DNA of 43,021 nt from Anaerolineae bacterium (GCA_014360845.1 JACIWR010000003.1:1-43021), one strand, 5' to 3'; shown: positions 1 through 11,700, counted from the stretch's first letter. Numbers and translations: made by a program. Notes: generated by a model not told the origin, from the sequence alone.

Positions 1-696
1 GAACCTCGTTACCGCCTGATCATGAACTTTTTCAAAGGGTCTTTTGTACACTATTGGTACTCTTCACAACAACACCAAGGCTTCGAAGCAGTTCTCTCTC
101 CCCCCCTGCCAGCCGAGAAACTCTGGCTTATCGTAGATCGAGTGCACCTGCTACCTGAGGATTCAGGTAATGAACTAGGGTGGTTTCTGAATCGGCATCT
201 CTACCGGTACTCGAACGACTGGGCTGGCAGTGGCTACGAGATATTTGGCTACGTCTATCCCAGGGCATCAATGACAAGGAAGCAAACGTCCATCCGCTGG
301 GAGAATGCCATTGAGCTCGATGAGTTCGCACAGCAGACAGAAGCAATGGCACCAGGAGACATCTTGCGGTTAGAGTTCAACTTTAAATGCTTAAACGAAA
401 TGACACCAAACTATGCGTTTTTCGCACACCTCGTCGCTCCAGACGGAAAAGTGATCGGCGGCGTTGACGGCGAACCGCAATTTGGGGCAGCGCCCACGTC
501 TACTTGGCGGGTGGGGGATGAAATCCACGACAAACGAGGTTGTCTTATCCCTATGGAGACCCCGCCCGGCATTTATAGCCTCGAGATAGGGTTTTACGAT
601 TATACAACAGGACAGCGCCTCACCATAAGCACCCCACAGGAGCAAGCAAGTCAGAATAGCATCACTGTGGGACAGGTGATCGTAGAGCATAAGTGA
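1..696 (+). CDS. Probably the C-terminal part of a larger protein whose start lies left of the window. It carries the C-terminal beta-rich domain also found in the two neighbouring glycosyltransferase-type proteins.
   Basis: Frame 1 has no stop between nt 1 and the listed ATG at 22. Residues APGDILRLEFNF..FFAHLV..PTSTWRVGDEI..PPGIYSLEIGFYDYTTGQRL align with the C-termini of the 711..3374 and 3378..5327 products. Confidence 0.5.
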   Translation, partial: EPRYRLIMNFFKGSFVHYWYSSQQHQGFEAVLSPPLPAEKLWLIVDRVHLLPEDSGNELGWFLNRHLYRYSNDWAGSGYEIFGYVYPRASMTRKQTSIRWENAIELDEFAQQTEAMAPGDILRLEFNFKCLNEMTPNYAFFAHLVAPDGKVIGGVDGEPQFGAAPTSTWRVGDEIHDKRGCLIPMETPPGIYSLEIGFYDYTTGQRLTISTPQEQASQNSITVGQVIVEHK

Positions 697-710
697 CTAT
701 CCATCAGCAA

Positions 711-3374
711 TCATTCCTCAACCACGGAAATGGGCACCAGGACGAGATGGTCTGTTGGTGGATACCCTTCCCTGCGAACCAGCAGTCTCCTGCCCGTAAG
801 CGGTTCGTACATTCCTACCTCGACTATGTACTCTCCTGGAGGTGCATCCTCGGAAACTGGGATAGCATAGGGGTCCCTGACGATCTCGCCTTCTCGCCAG
901 ACCCAGACGGGATAAGTACCGAAATAGGGAGGGTTATCTTTCTGCCCCCAAATCTCGTTATTACTATCCAGTAGATGGGTGAAGACAGTGTAAGATTCCT
1001 TAGTAGGTGTAATGGCTTGCCAGTACAAGGTGAGGTTAATCGTCTGCCCAGGCTTGACCATGGTCTTATCCACGTCGTAGCCCAGCAGCCTGACTTTGCC
1101 ACCGAGCTCAGCGGATAGAGGATGGGTAGGTGTGACTGGTTCCGGACGAAACTCACCCTGCCAGAACCAATAGTAGAAAGGCGCATGCCAGCGAAAATGG
1201 GGAGACTCGGTGACAGCTTCGAAGCGCAACTTCGTCCGTCCAGAGGTAATGTGCTTGCCTGGCACCAAGTACGCCGTTTCTATCCACTCCCCTGGCCCAG
1301 CCGGGTAAGCCCACAAGCCGAGATACATATCGTTGACGAAGACCCGCAGGCGGACATCGTTCATAGCATGAGCACGCATGACAATCATCATGTCCTCCCC
1401 GGGTTCTGACCGCACCACCATCTCTTCGCCACCGCTCATCATTCGACCTCCATCCAAGACGACACGGGAAGGGTCGGCGCGATAAGAGAACTGTCTGACT
1501 TCAGTGGGAAACCCAGCAGGCCGGCCAGTTTGCCACCACCGGTAGCTATGCATCTTCTCACTTCGTAGATCTGCCACGTCCAGTGTATCCACTAGATGCA
1601 TCCCTTGTATTTGGCTCAGGATATTCGTCTGAACTATCTCGCTGCCACTGTCACCCAGTCGCCAGTCAACCCTGTAGACCGCCTGTTCAGAGAAGGCACT
1701 GGCAACCTTGGAGAAATCGGGCACTTCCACACGGTAAAGCTCCTGAGCAAACATGTCGGTATCGGCGAAGTAGATAGCCGGCGGGAAAGCTCCCGTGTAG
1801 ACAGCAATGTAGTCAGGGCGGGCCAGAACCGATCGCCCGGACAGAGAGATTTCATGCGATTCCATAGCCTCAAAAACACTACCCGGTCCATTGCGCCCCG
1901 CCTCTGCTGCGCCGTTGGTGACCAATCCCACCAAATCGTAAACGTATCTGTGGCCAAAATATTTTAATACACCTACGTCATGAACAGCAACACGAGCCTG
2001 AGGTGGCAAGTGATCGTCGATCCACCTGGCCATCGCCATTTGCTGCCTGCTAATTGTGAAGCAGGCCATTCCGTATCGCCCGGCAAAGGTATGGACCGTT
2101 AAAAGAGAATAGGCAATAAGAGGGGAAGCTACAGCTACTAGTACCCACTCCCGCTGCCGCAAAATGTAGCGGCGGACGGCTCTATACGCTATAAGGCCAA
2201 CAGCACGACGGTTACCCGCTACACCTGCACTAATTATACGGGTGAATTTCGTCACCAACCATCTAACCACAGCAGACAACCCCCAGCTCCCATAGACAAT
2301 GACCAGGGGGAAAAAAGGCATTTGGTAACGGGCATAATGCCACAGCGCATTGTAAAGAGTAGCGGTAGAGGCTAGCCCAATAAAAAACCAGAGCATCACC
2401 AGGATAGCCGGTCCGATTGTTCGGCGACGCCATTCCTTGAGAGCTCCCAGTAGCACCCCTCCCAAGAAGAACAGGAAGAAAAAAGGCGGCAGGTAGTAAC
2501 GCCACTCGTCCCCCACGCCTCCAAATACACCAACCATTATCTCGCGATAGTATGCCAGAATCGAGTTGAGAACGTAAGTGGGGTACATAGGCACAGAATA
2601 GAACCACGATTTAGCTTTCATCCCATTGGCAGATAGACTGCCGGTCAGAACATAATTCAGGAGAGGCTGGATGAGACCTGCCAGGATAGGTAACAAGATT
2701 GCAGGTAGGATACGTCTGGCTCGCCCGCCTTCTCGGAGCCACAGTGCTAGAGCCAGTAGGCCAGCTAGTATCAACCCCTCTGGACGAGTCATCGCCATCA
2801 GCGAGGCACAAAGGCTCAGACGACGAAACCGCCGCTGGATGAAACTATCCAAAGTAGCCAGAATCAGAGTAGTGAACAGACCGGTCTCCATCCCACTGGA
2901 GAAGCTCCACAGGAGCGGTCCGTTTAGCAAGAAAAAGAGCCCAGCCAGTAGAGCAACTGCAGACGAAGATAGCTTATGCTCGCTGCTTTGCTCCTGAGCG
3001 CCGCTTGCTATCGAGAATGTAATACGGTATACCAAGATAGCAGACACTGCCAACAACAGCGCGTTGAGACCGAGGGCAAAAACAATGAGCCTGGTGTCAC
3101 TGAACCCCAGAAGGTATCCTATAGCAAGTACAAATGGATAAAGCAAACTCGTGGCGCCAGTGCTGGGCGGGTCCTCGCTGTTGTAACAAAAAAAGCATCC
3201 CTGAGCCAACTGGCGAGCGTACTGGAAGTGGATAAATGCATCATCCAGGGGCATCACCAGTTCACCCCCTGTGTAGGAAAGCATAGTGTACAGAAAAAAC
3301 AGTACCATGATAAAGGCCATAATGACAAGTACTGCTATATGTCTATGGGAGACCGATGTGCGATTCGCTTTCAT
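711..3374 (-). CDS. Large polytopic membrane protein, putative GT-C-fold glycosyltransferase, with an extracytoplasmic C-terminal region.
   Basis: 887-aa ORF with many hydrophobic helices in the N-terminal ~430 aa. An early loop motif PLDDAFIHFQYARQLAQG resembles GT-C enzymes. ATG at 3372-3374 lies 3 nt after the stop of the upstream gene. The C-terminal domain is shared with the neighbours. Confidence 0.6.
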   Translation of the reverse strand: MKANRTSVSHRHIAVLVIMAFIMVLFFLYTMLSYTGGELVMPLDDAFIHFQYARQLAQGCFFCYNSEDPPSTGATSLLYPFVLAIGYLLGFSDTRLIVFALGLNALLLAVSAILVYRITFSIASGAQEQSSEHKLSSSAVALLAGLFFLLNGPLLWSFSSGMETGLFTTLILATLDSFIQRRFRRLSLCASLMAMTRPEGLILAGLLALALWLREGGRARRILPAILLPILAGLIQPLLNYVLTGSLSANGMKAKSWFYSVPMYPTYVLNSILAYYREIMVGVFGGVGDEWRYYLPPFFFLFFLGGVLLGALKEWRRRTIGPAILVMLWFFIGLASTATLYNALWHYARYQMPFFPLVIVYGSWGLSAVVRWLVTKFTRIISAGVAGNRRAVGLIAYRAVRRYILRQREWVLVAVASPLIAYSLLTVHTFAGRYGMACFTISRQQMAMARWIDDHLPPQARVAVHDVGVLKYFGHRYVYDLVGLVTNGAAEAGRNGPGSVFEAMESHEISLSGRSVLARPDYIAVYTGAFPPAIYFADTDMFAQELYRVEVPDFSKVASAFSEQAVYRVDWRLGDSGSEIVQTNILSQIQGMHLVDTLDVADLRSEKMHSYRWWQTGRPAGFPTEVRQFSYRADPSRVVLDGGRMMSGGEEMVVRSEPGEDMMIVMRAHAMNDVRLRVFVNDMYLGLWAYPAGPGEWIETAYLVPGKHITSGRTKLRFEAVTESPHFRWHAPFYYWFWQGEFRPEPVTPTHPLSAELGGKVRLLGYDVDKTMVKPGQTINLTLYWQAITPTKESYTVFTHLLDSNNEIWGQKDNPPYFGTYPVWVWREGEIVRDPYAIPVSEDAPPGEYIVEVGMYEPLTGRRLLVRREGYPPTDHLVLVPISVVEE

Positions 3375-3377
3375 GGT

Positions 3378-5327
3378 TTATTGACACTCCACATGTACAT
3401 AACCAAGGCGTACAGCCCCCTCTTGACCGTTAACATTGCGTACCGCCAGACGGCTTCCATCCGACAAGCGATATAGTCCCACTGTGACTTGATAGCGCCC
3501 CGGTGCCATGTCATCCGGCAACGATAGCACCCGCCGGTCGAGCACTTCCCGGCCCACCGCCCACACGCTGGTGGGAGCCAGGCCATTCTGCGGGATACCA
3601 TCATTCTGGGCCAGAGGCGGAGCGCCCGGCAGGCCCAGGTGGACAAAGGCGTTATACTCTTCGTCCAGGGGAGTCAGAGCACGCCAGCGCAGTGGTAAGG
3701 CCATCACTTCGCCAGGGTGGAGATGGGCATCCACCACAGGGTAGCGCAGCTCCACCCACCCACCAAAGTAAGCTGTCCCCTCCTCTGGCCCGACACCCGG
3801 CGTCTGGAAGTGCGGAGCCAGATACAAAGCCAGGTGGTGACGCCCGTACCAGTTGCTCTCCACCTTATACGCCTCGGCCTCCAGCCAGGAAGCAGAAAGG
3901 TTATGAGCATCTTCCGCCGCTATGCGATAGCTGAGCAGCCAGAGTCTGGGATGGGTAGCGAAGATGCTCTCCAACTCCGGGCCTACGGTTTGGGGGGTGA
4001 AGTAGGCCCGGTAGAAACTGAGCTGGTGCTGGGGATAGTAACTGAGCAGGTAACCCACCTGCCAGACGTAAACGTAGACGAGAGCATCGTCGGGTTGGGC
4101 CAAGGCGCTGAGATGAGCCATAGCCGGTCGCGGGTCTTCCAGTTCATCAACTGCTGCGGTGTAGACGCGCCCCAGCGCGGGAATCCACAGGACGATGACC
4201 ACGAGCAGCAGAACCAGCATGGCGGCCTTGGGCCCCCGCCGCCCCAGAGCCTCCAACCCACGAGCCATCAGCAAATAGAAAACCGGTCCCAAATACAGCA
4301 GAAAACGGGGGAAGAAAAAGGGGTAAGCTCTCTGCAAAAAATACGCAGCCGTCAGGGGTATGACGACCCAGGTGAGGAGAAAGGCCCGGCGCTCACCCGT
4401 CAAAACACCAACCACAGCCAAAGCCGTCATGGCACTGCTGGCTATCAAAACGCCGTAGCTCTCATCCCCTGTCCCCCAGCAGAACTCGCCCAGCACCCGG
4501 CTGAGATAGGCCCACCACGATAGGGCCTCCCCCCGCGACAAGCCCATCACCCCGCGCACGGTGGTGCCGAACACGATGAGCGTCCACGGCAGAAGAAGCA
4601 AAGCCACCGCTCCCACCGCCAGAGTCCATTGTCCCAGATGCGCGAGCGCACGATGGCGCACCGGGCTCCTGCGGATCAAGGACAAACCCTCGCATCCCAG
4701 CAGCCACACACCCTGCCACACCACCAGCAGACCCAGATAGTAATGCGCGCCGATGGCCGCCGCCGTACTCAGGACGTAAAGGACCCACCAGCAAATAGCC
4801 TCACTACGCGAAGGTTGCCCGCTGTTGAAATATCCCGTTCCTCGCCCCCAGGCGTAGACGGACAGCAATCCGCAAACCGTGGCCCACACATAACCCTTAG
4901 CTTCGCGGGAGTAGTACACCTGCATCGGCGACAGAGCGACGAGTAGCGCGACCAGCAAAGCCGTGCGCCTGCTCCCCAGCCAGCGACCCACCATCCCGGT
5001 GAGAGCCACCACCAACACCCCCAACCCCACCGAGAGAAAGCGCAGAGCAAAGGGAGAACTGCCGCCCAGTTCCTTCCACACCCCCAAGGCCAGGCGATAG
5101 ACCGGCGGGTCAGTGTCATTGGTGGTGCGCGTCTCGCTGACCAGGTCCGACAAGCTCTGGTGAGCAAAGTACACGCTATTGCCCTCATCCCACCATAAAG
5201 GACGGTGGTCCAGTTGCAACACCCGCAGGGCAAAGGCCATCAACAGAATGAGCAACAGGATCACCGTCCACCGGTTGTCTCGCTTCAACTCCACCCCCAC
5301 GGTCCACTCCCGCTCAGGCTTGGACAC
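3378..5327 (-). CDS. GT39/ArnT-like (PMT_2 type) membrane glycosyltransferase.
   Basis: 649-aa ORF with a GTG start. It has an N-terminal TM helix followed by LWWDEGNSVYFA (DE motif in the first loop), about 10 further TM helices, and a C-terminal soluble domain homologous to those of the 1..696 and 711..3374 products. Confidence 0.7.
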   Translation of the reverse strand: MSKPEREWTVGVELKRDNRWTVILLLILLMAFALRVLQLDHRPLWWDEGNSVYFAHQSLSDLVSETRTTNDTDPPVYRLALGVWKELGGSSPFALRFLSVGLGVLVVALTGMVGRWLGSRRTALLVALLVALSPMQVYYSREAKGYVWATVCGLLSVYAWGRGTGYFNSGQPSRSEAICWWVLYVLSTAAAIGAHYYLGLLVVWQGVWLLGCEGLSLIRRSPVRHRALAHLGQWTLAVGAVALLLLPWTLIVFGTTVRGVMGLSRGEALSWWAYLSRVLGEFCWGTGDESYGVLIASSAMTALAVVGVLTGERRAFLLTWVVIPLTAAYFLQRAYPFFFPRFLLYLGPVFYLLMARGLEALGRRGPKAAMLVLLLVVIVLWIPALGRVYTAAVDELEDPRPAMAHLSALAQPDDALVYVYVWQVGYLLSYYPQHQLSFYRAYFTPQTVGPELESIFATHPRLWLLSYRIAAEDAHNLSASWLEAEAYKVESNWYGRHHLALYLAPHFQTPGVGPEEGTAYFGGWVELRYPVVDAHLHPGEVMALPLRWRALTPLDEEYNAFVHLGLPGAPPLAQNDGIPQNGLAPTSVWAVGREVLDRRVLSLPDDMAPGRYQVTVGLYRLSDGSRLAVRNVNGQEGAVRLGYVHVECQ

Positions 5328-5706
5328 CGGCCCGAAGAGCCAGTGCCAAGCCGGTTTCTAACCGGGCGACGCCTGGTTCTTTCTACAGATGCTCATTTTA
5401 CCACATTCCTGAAGTTGTGGCAAGCGCGACAGCTTCCTCGGGCGTATTTCACTTTGGGGGCGCGTTGCTGCTGTGCCCTGGCCTCGGAGACCTCTCCCAT
5501 CCCCCCAGCCGTCGGCCGCGCTATGGAAAGCGCGGCTACCCCAACTTCGCTCAGGACGCAGCCCTTCGCCGGGCTCAGGACGCAGCAGCGGTCGGCCGCT
5601 ACGGGACAAACCTGCCCCACATAGCGGTGACAGCTCCCATCGGACCAGCACAACTGGCGGAGTTCAACTCCGCGAGATCAGGCAGTGAAGTGGAGCGGTG
5701 ATAGCT

Positions 5707-5725
5707 CCCTCGCCTGCGGCGAGGG
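5707..5725. terminator. GC-rich hairpin ccctcgcc-tgc-ggcgaggg placed 4 nt past the stop of the kinase gene. It has a T-run on the plus-strand side.
   Basis: 8-bp perfect stem seen directly. On the plus strand it is followed by tttctt. On the minus strand it directly follows the kinase stop codon TAA (5730-5732) but has no U tract. Confidence 0.45.
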
Positions 5726-5729
5726 TTTC

Positions 5730-8700
5730 TTACCCGGAACCGACCCCTTGAAGAGTCACGGCCGTCTTAAACCTTGCGTACTCCTTCTCGAGCTGGGCCA
5801 GTTTTTCCTCTGCGCCCGTCAGTTCTCCCTGTTGCCCCATGCATTCCAAATCAAGACATAAGGCCGAGAGTCTCGTGGCCCCCAAAGTGGCAGCGCTCCC
5901 TTTCAGCGTGTGGGCCGCGCGCCGCATCAGCTCCGGGTCCCCTTGTGCCACCGCCTGCCGCAACTCTGCTAAGAGCCGGACCGCGTCCATCTGGAAGGCT
6001 TCCACCAGCTCGGCTATAAACAGCGGAGCATCCTGCCCCATCACAGCCCGAAACTTTTCCAGCACCGTTGGATCTATGACGGCACCAGGTAAATCCGCTG
6101 GTGGCGCTGGCGATTCATGGGGCACTGCTGTCGGCCCGCGTCCGGATGCTTTCCCTCCCCGCGGCTGACACCGTTCCAGGGCCTGCACCAGCTCCTCTAC
6201 CCGCACCGGCTTGCTGATGTAGTCATCCATCCCCGCCTCCAGATACCGCTCCCGGTCCCCGGACAAGGCGTGTGCCGTCATGGCGATGATCCGCGGTCGC
6301 CCATTGCTCCCCCAAATCTCGTGAATCCGCCGCGTCGCCTCCACACCGTCCATCTCCGGCATCTGCACATCCATCAACACCACGTCATAGGACTGCCGCC
6401 CCAGCGCGTCCAGCACCTCCAGCCCATTGGCCGCCACGTCCGCCCGATACCCCAGCCGCTCCAGGATGCGCAGCGCCACCTTCTGGTTCACCACGTTGTC
6501 CTCCGCCAGCAAAATGCGCAGCGGATGCCGCTGCCCCAACTCCCGATCGAAACGCTCTTTCATCGCCCCCGCTCCCATCCGCACCGTCACCCCACCAAAC
6601 ACTCCCATCAAAACCTCATAAAACTGCCCCGCCTTCACCGGCTTCGTCATGTAGGCCGTGAACAGCCCTTCCTCACCTACCCGCTCCCCCAGAGAGCTCA
6701 ACATCACCAACGGCAACTCCGCTCCACCCCGCTCCTTCCGTATCTCCTGCGCCAAAGTCACCCCGTCCATCTCCGGCATGTGCATGTCCAGAATGCCTGC
6801 GTCGAAATGTTCGCCCCGTCGCACCCACTCCAGCGCCTGAACAGCGGAGCCCGTAGCGCGAGGCAACATCCCCCACGCCGCAACCTGTCGGGTGAGAATA
6901 ATGCGGTTCGTCTCGTGGTCGTCCACGATCAGCACCCGCTTGCCCGCCAGCACCGGCTGCGGCCCCCGCAGATAGACCTTCCGATGGCCCGGCACCGCCT
7001 CCGCCACAATGGTGAAGTGGAAAGTGGAACCCTTCCCTACCTCACTCTCCACCCACATCTCTCCACCCATCATCTCCGCCAACCGCTTGCTGATGGCCAA
7101 CCCCAAACCCGTGCCCCCGTACTTCCGCGTCGTCGAGGTGTCCACCTGACTGAAGGACTGGAACAAGCGCCCCATCCGCTCCGCCGGTATCCCGATCCCC
7201 GTGTCCCGCACCGCAAAATGCACCTCGTGCGCCTCCCCACCCAGAGCACGACTCTCCACCAACACCACTACCTCGCCCTTCTCCGTGAACTTCACCGCGT
7301 TGCTCAGCAGGTTCACCAGTATCTGCCGCACCCGCGTCGCATCACCCACTATCGCCCCAGGCACATCATCCTCGATGATGTACGCCAGCTCCAAACCCTT
7401 CTCCGCCGCCCCAGGCGCGATCAGGTCCAGGCTCTCCTCCACGCACAGCCGCACCTCGAAGGGCTGCTCCTCCAACTCCATCTTCCCCGCTTCGATCTTG
7501 GAAAAGTCCAGGATGTCGTTGATCAAGGCCAGCAAAGCCTCACCGCTGCGGCGGATGGTCTCCGCATACTCCGCCTGCTCCTCCGTCAACTCCGTATCCA
7601 GCAGCAGGCCCGTCATCCCTATCACCGCGTTCAACGGCGTCCGTATCTCGTGGCTCATATTGGCCAGAAAGGCCGACTTGGCCCGTGTCGCCTCTTCCGC
7701 CGCCTCATACAACCGCGCGTGTTCGATGACCACCGCCAACTGATCGGCCAGGCCGCCCAGCAGACGCACTTCCTCGTCCGCGATCACCGCTCGCTCGTCT
7801 CGCCGATAACCCACTTCCAGAACGCCTATCGTCTTCCCCCGCAGCACCAGGGGCACGAAAGCGCGTACCAAATCGGCGTGTCCCTCCCGCTCAAATATCT
7901 CGCGATCCAGGCGTTCATCCCAACCGTCAATGACCTCAATCCGTCCACTGCGGGCCACATCCATGAGGATGTCACCGACCAGATCATCCAGCGAGCGCAC
8001 CAGTCCTTCCAATCCCTGCGCCTGGCCCGCCGCCCGCACCACCCGGCTCTCGTTGGCGTCTTCGTCAATCAGGTGCAGGGCGATGTGGGTAAAGGCCATC
8101 TCCTGCGAAAGAGCGGCGATCAGCGCATCAAGCACCTGGTTCAAATCCAGGGTGCCGGAGATAGCGCGGCTCATTTTGTGCAAGACTTGCAACTCGCGTA
8201 CGCGAGCCTCAGCCTGTTGGCGGGCCTTCTGCGTCTCCTCAAACAGGCGGGAGCGCTCAATGAGCAAGGCCAGGCTGCTGGCCAGAGTGCTGAGAAGCTG
8301 TTGGTCATTTTCGTCGAAAGCATTGAGCTCAGGGCTCTCAACATTGAGCACGCCGATGACCTGGGAACCGACCATCAGCGGGACACAAAGCTCAGAACGT
8401 ATGTCTGGAATGCCCTCGTGATAACGGGGGTCCTCCCGCACATCGGGTACGAGGAGGGGCTTGCCATGCTGGGCTACCCAGCCGGTGATACCTTCACCCA
8501 AGGGCATGCGCAGGTTCTGGACCGCCTCCAGGGGATAGCCGACGCTGGCCTTCATCTGCAGCCAACCGCTTTCCCGGTCCAGCAGCATGAGGACCACGTG
8601 GGTACCCTCCAATTCAGCGGCCAGGGCCTCCGCCGCGGCCTGCAACGTCTCGTCCAGGCTGACTCCAAAAGCCGCAGCCATGCTCACCTCGTTGAGCAAC

Positions 8701-11700
8701 TGGAATTCGCGCATCCGGCGCTGGGTCTCCTCCAGCAAGCGAGCCTGCTCGATGCGCATGGCCAGGCTGGTGGCCAAGGTGCTGAGCAACCGCTGGTCGT
8801 CCTCTGTGAAGGCGTTGAACTGCGAGCTCTCGACGTTAACCGTGCCGATCACCCGCGAGCCGACGAGCAGAGGCACGCACAGCTCGGACACGGTGCTCCC
8901 GATCAAGCCCAGATAGCGGGGGTCCAGGCGCACATCCGGCACCAGCACGGGCTCACCATGGCGCACTACCCAGCCGGTGATGCCCTGGCTGATGGGCCAC
9001 TCCACCTCCGGGATTTCATCCGGGAACTCACCGGCGGTGGCGCAGGCTTTCTGCCGCAAGACGCCCTTCTCCGCATCCAGCAACGCAATCCCCACGTGAT
9101 CGCATTTCAGCCAATTGAGGATGGCCTCCGCAGAGGCCTGCAAAGCCTCACTCAGGGTAACCCCGGAGACCGCGGCCATGCTGACATCGTTGAGCACCTG
9201 CAGCTCACGCACCCGTTGGCGTGTCTCCTCGAAAAGTCGGGCGTTCTCAATGGCCATGGCCGCCTGCTGACCAAAAGCCCGGGCCAACCCGGCCGTCTCG
9301 GAAGAGTAAAAGGCGGGCTCGCCCTTGTCAATAGTGAGCAGGCCCACGACTTCGTTTTTGCTCAACAGCGGTACCCCGAGCCAGGAGCAAACCCAGCTCG
9401 TGCCGGCCAAACCGCGGAATCTGCTGTCTTGTTGGGCATCGGCGAGGATGAGAGGTCGCCGGGTGCGCTCCAGTTCCCGGAAAAGCTCATCTTCCTGCGT
9501 GAGGACCTCGAGGCCGATGACCGCCTCTGGATTCTCGAAGCCCCTTGCCGCGGAGATGTGCATCACATCCCCTTCCCGTAGCCACAGGGCAGCGGTGTCA
9601 TAGGGGATCACCCGCTCCAGTTGCTCCAGGATCAGGCGCAACACCGCCTCCAGGTCCAGGGTGGAGCTCACCGCTCGACCGATCTCGGATAGAGCTTCCA
9701 ACTGAGTGGCGCGCCGCCGCGCCTCCTCGAAGAGCCGGGCGTTCTCCACTGCCACGCCGACCTGCTGACCAATGGCAACCAACAGGTCCCACTCGCCCTC
9801 AGAAACGGGATGGGGGGCGGTATCCAACAAGCCCAGGATGCCCAACACGCGGTCCTTGTGGATGATAGGCGTGCCCACGTACGAGAGAATGCCCACCTCC
9901 AGCAACGCACTCACGTCCAGTGGCGCGCCGGCCCGCAGGTCTGCCACTGAGAGAGAGGCCCCTTGTTGATACACATAATCGCACAAAGTGCCCCCCAGGC
10001 CCTCCGCCTCCAGATGATCGAGCAGGGCCACGGGCAAGCCAGCGTAACTGGAAAGCACCAACTCGCCGCTGCGTTCATCAATCAAGCTGATTAGCCCACC
10101 GGCGAAACCCAGGGCATGAATTATGCGGGAGAGGGCTTCATCGAGCAAATCCTGCAACTCCAGCGAACCGGACAGGGCCTGAGCCAGGGCGTTCAAGGTG
10201 GCCAGTTCCAGATTGCGGCGCTGCAAATACTCCTCGGCCTGCTTACGCTCGGTGATGTCCTCTCCTGAGCCGAGAGTGCCCACGATACGCCCCTCATTGT
10301 CCCTCAGCACGGTGTTATGCCAGGCGATGATTCGTTCCTCGCCCTCGCGGGTCAGAACCGGGTTTTCAAAATATTCGGCAGATTCGATCTCCCCGGCAAT
10401 CAGCTTCTGGAAAACACCCTTCACCTCATCGCGCACCCGGTCCGGCAAGAAATTCTCGAACCAGTTCTTGCCCACAATCTCATCCTGCTCATAGCCCAAT
10501 ATCTCGCATCCGCGCTTGTTGATGAGCGTCACTTCTCCCGCGGTATTGAGGGCTACGAACATAACCCCGGCTATGTCCAGATACTGCTGGGCCCTATCCC
10601 GCTCCGCGCGTAGAGCCTCCTCCGCTTGCTTGCGCTCGGTAATATCGCGCATTATCCCTATGGCGTGCCATTTGCCTCGCAGGTTCACCGCCGAGAGCGA
10701 CAACTCCAGAGGTATCTCTACTCCGTCCTTCCTGATGGCCGGCAGTTCCAGGGTTTTGCCCACGGCCTTACCTTGTCCCGTGAGCCGGAATCTCTCAAAA
10801 GCTTCCAAATGCATGGCGAGAAGTCGCTCGGGAGCCAGGAGTTGATGCATATTCTTGCCCATTACTTCCGCTGCCGTATAGCCGAAGATCTTCTCCGCGG
10901 CCTCGTTCCAAAAAGTGATGTTGCCATCGTGATCTATCATAACGATGCCATCTTGAGCCGAAGAGGTGATAGAGCGGAGAGTCTCCTCCCTTTCACGTAG
11001 GGCTTCTTCCATTCTCTTGCGCTCGGTGATGTCCAGTTGAGCACACACGCCCATAATGACCCGGCCCTGCGCATCGCGGAGGGGGTATTCATTGACCAGC
11101 ACGTGACAGGTGGAGCCATCGGCCCGCACATCCTCGTACTCCAAATCCTGGAAGGACTGACCGGCAAAGACGGCGGCTATGTTCTTGCGGGTGACCTCAG
11201 CGTTCTCCTCTTTGACCATGAGCTCATACATGGTCTTGCCCACGGCTTCCTCGGCAGTCCACCCGTATAGCTCCTCGCAAGCGCGATTCCAGTGCAAAAT
11301 TCTGCCCTCGCGATCGAAGGTCCAGCAGCAGGCCGGTATGCCGTCGAAAAGGGTGCGGAAGTGCTCTTCGCGTTCCTGCAGGGCCCTCTCAGCCTGCTTG
11401 CGCTCGGTAATATCGGTGATAACGGCTAGGACCCCTTCAAAGTGGCCCTCGGCGTCCGTCAGCGGTGAGGCTGAGACAATGACGTTCACCTGAGAGCCGT
11501 CCTTGCGATAGAGCACAGTCTCATAGTGTTCCCTCTCCCCCTTCTGCCTGCGCTGAGTCAACTGGCGATAACGGGCGAACTCCTCAGGGTCTGTCAACTG
11601 CGACAGGTTCATGCCCACCAGTTCCTGCGGGGTGTATCCCAGCATCTGGGCAAAAGCCGTATTGGCGAACGTGATGTTCTCCTCCGGGTCCACAATGCCG

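Noticed and set aside
5655-5680. tRNA/tmRNA-like T-arm ggcggagttcaactccgc.
   Set aside because: The stem pairs fully only with a 5-nt loop. The canonical 5-bp stem with a 7-nt T-loop geometry fails (an A-C mismatch at 52-62). No acceptor, anticodon or CCA-proximal sequence could be built around it.
6117-9581. 1154-aa plus-strand ORF opposite the histidine kinase gene.
   Set aside because: It is an antisense shadow ORF. The translation is low-complexity (H/R/L/Q/P-rich) with no motifs. The minus-strand frame shows continuous PAS, GAF and kinase motifs. Long stop-free antisense frames are expected in high-GC coding DNA.
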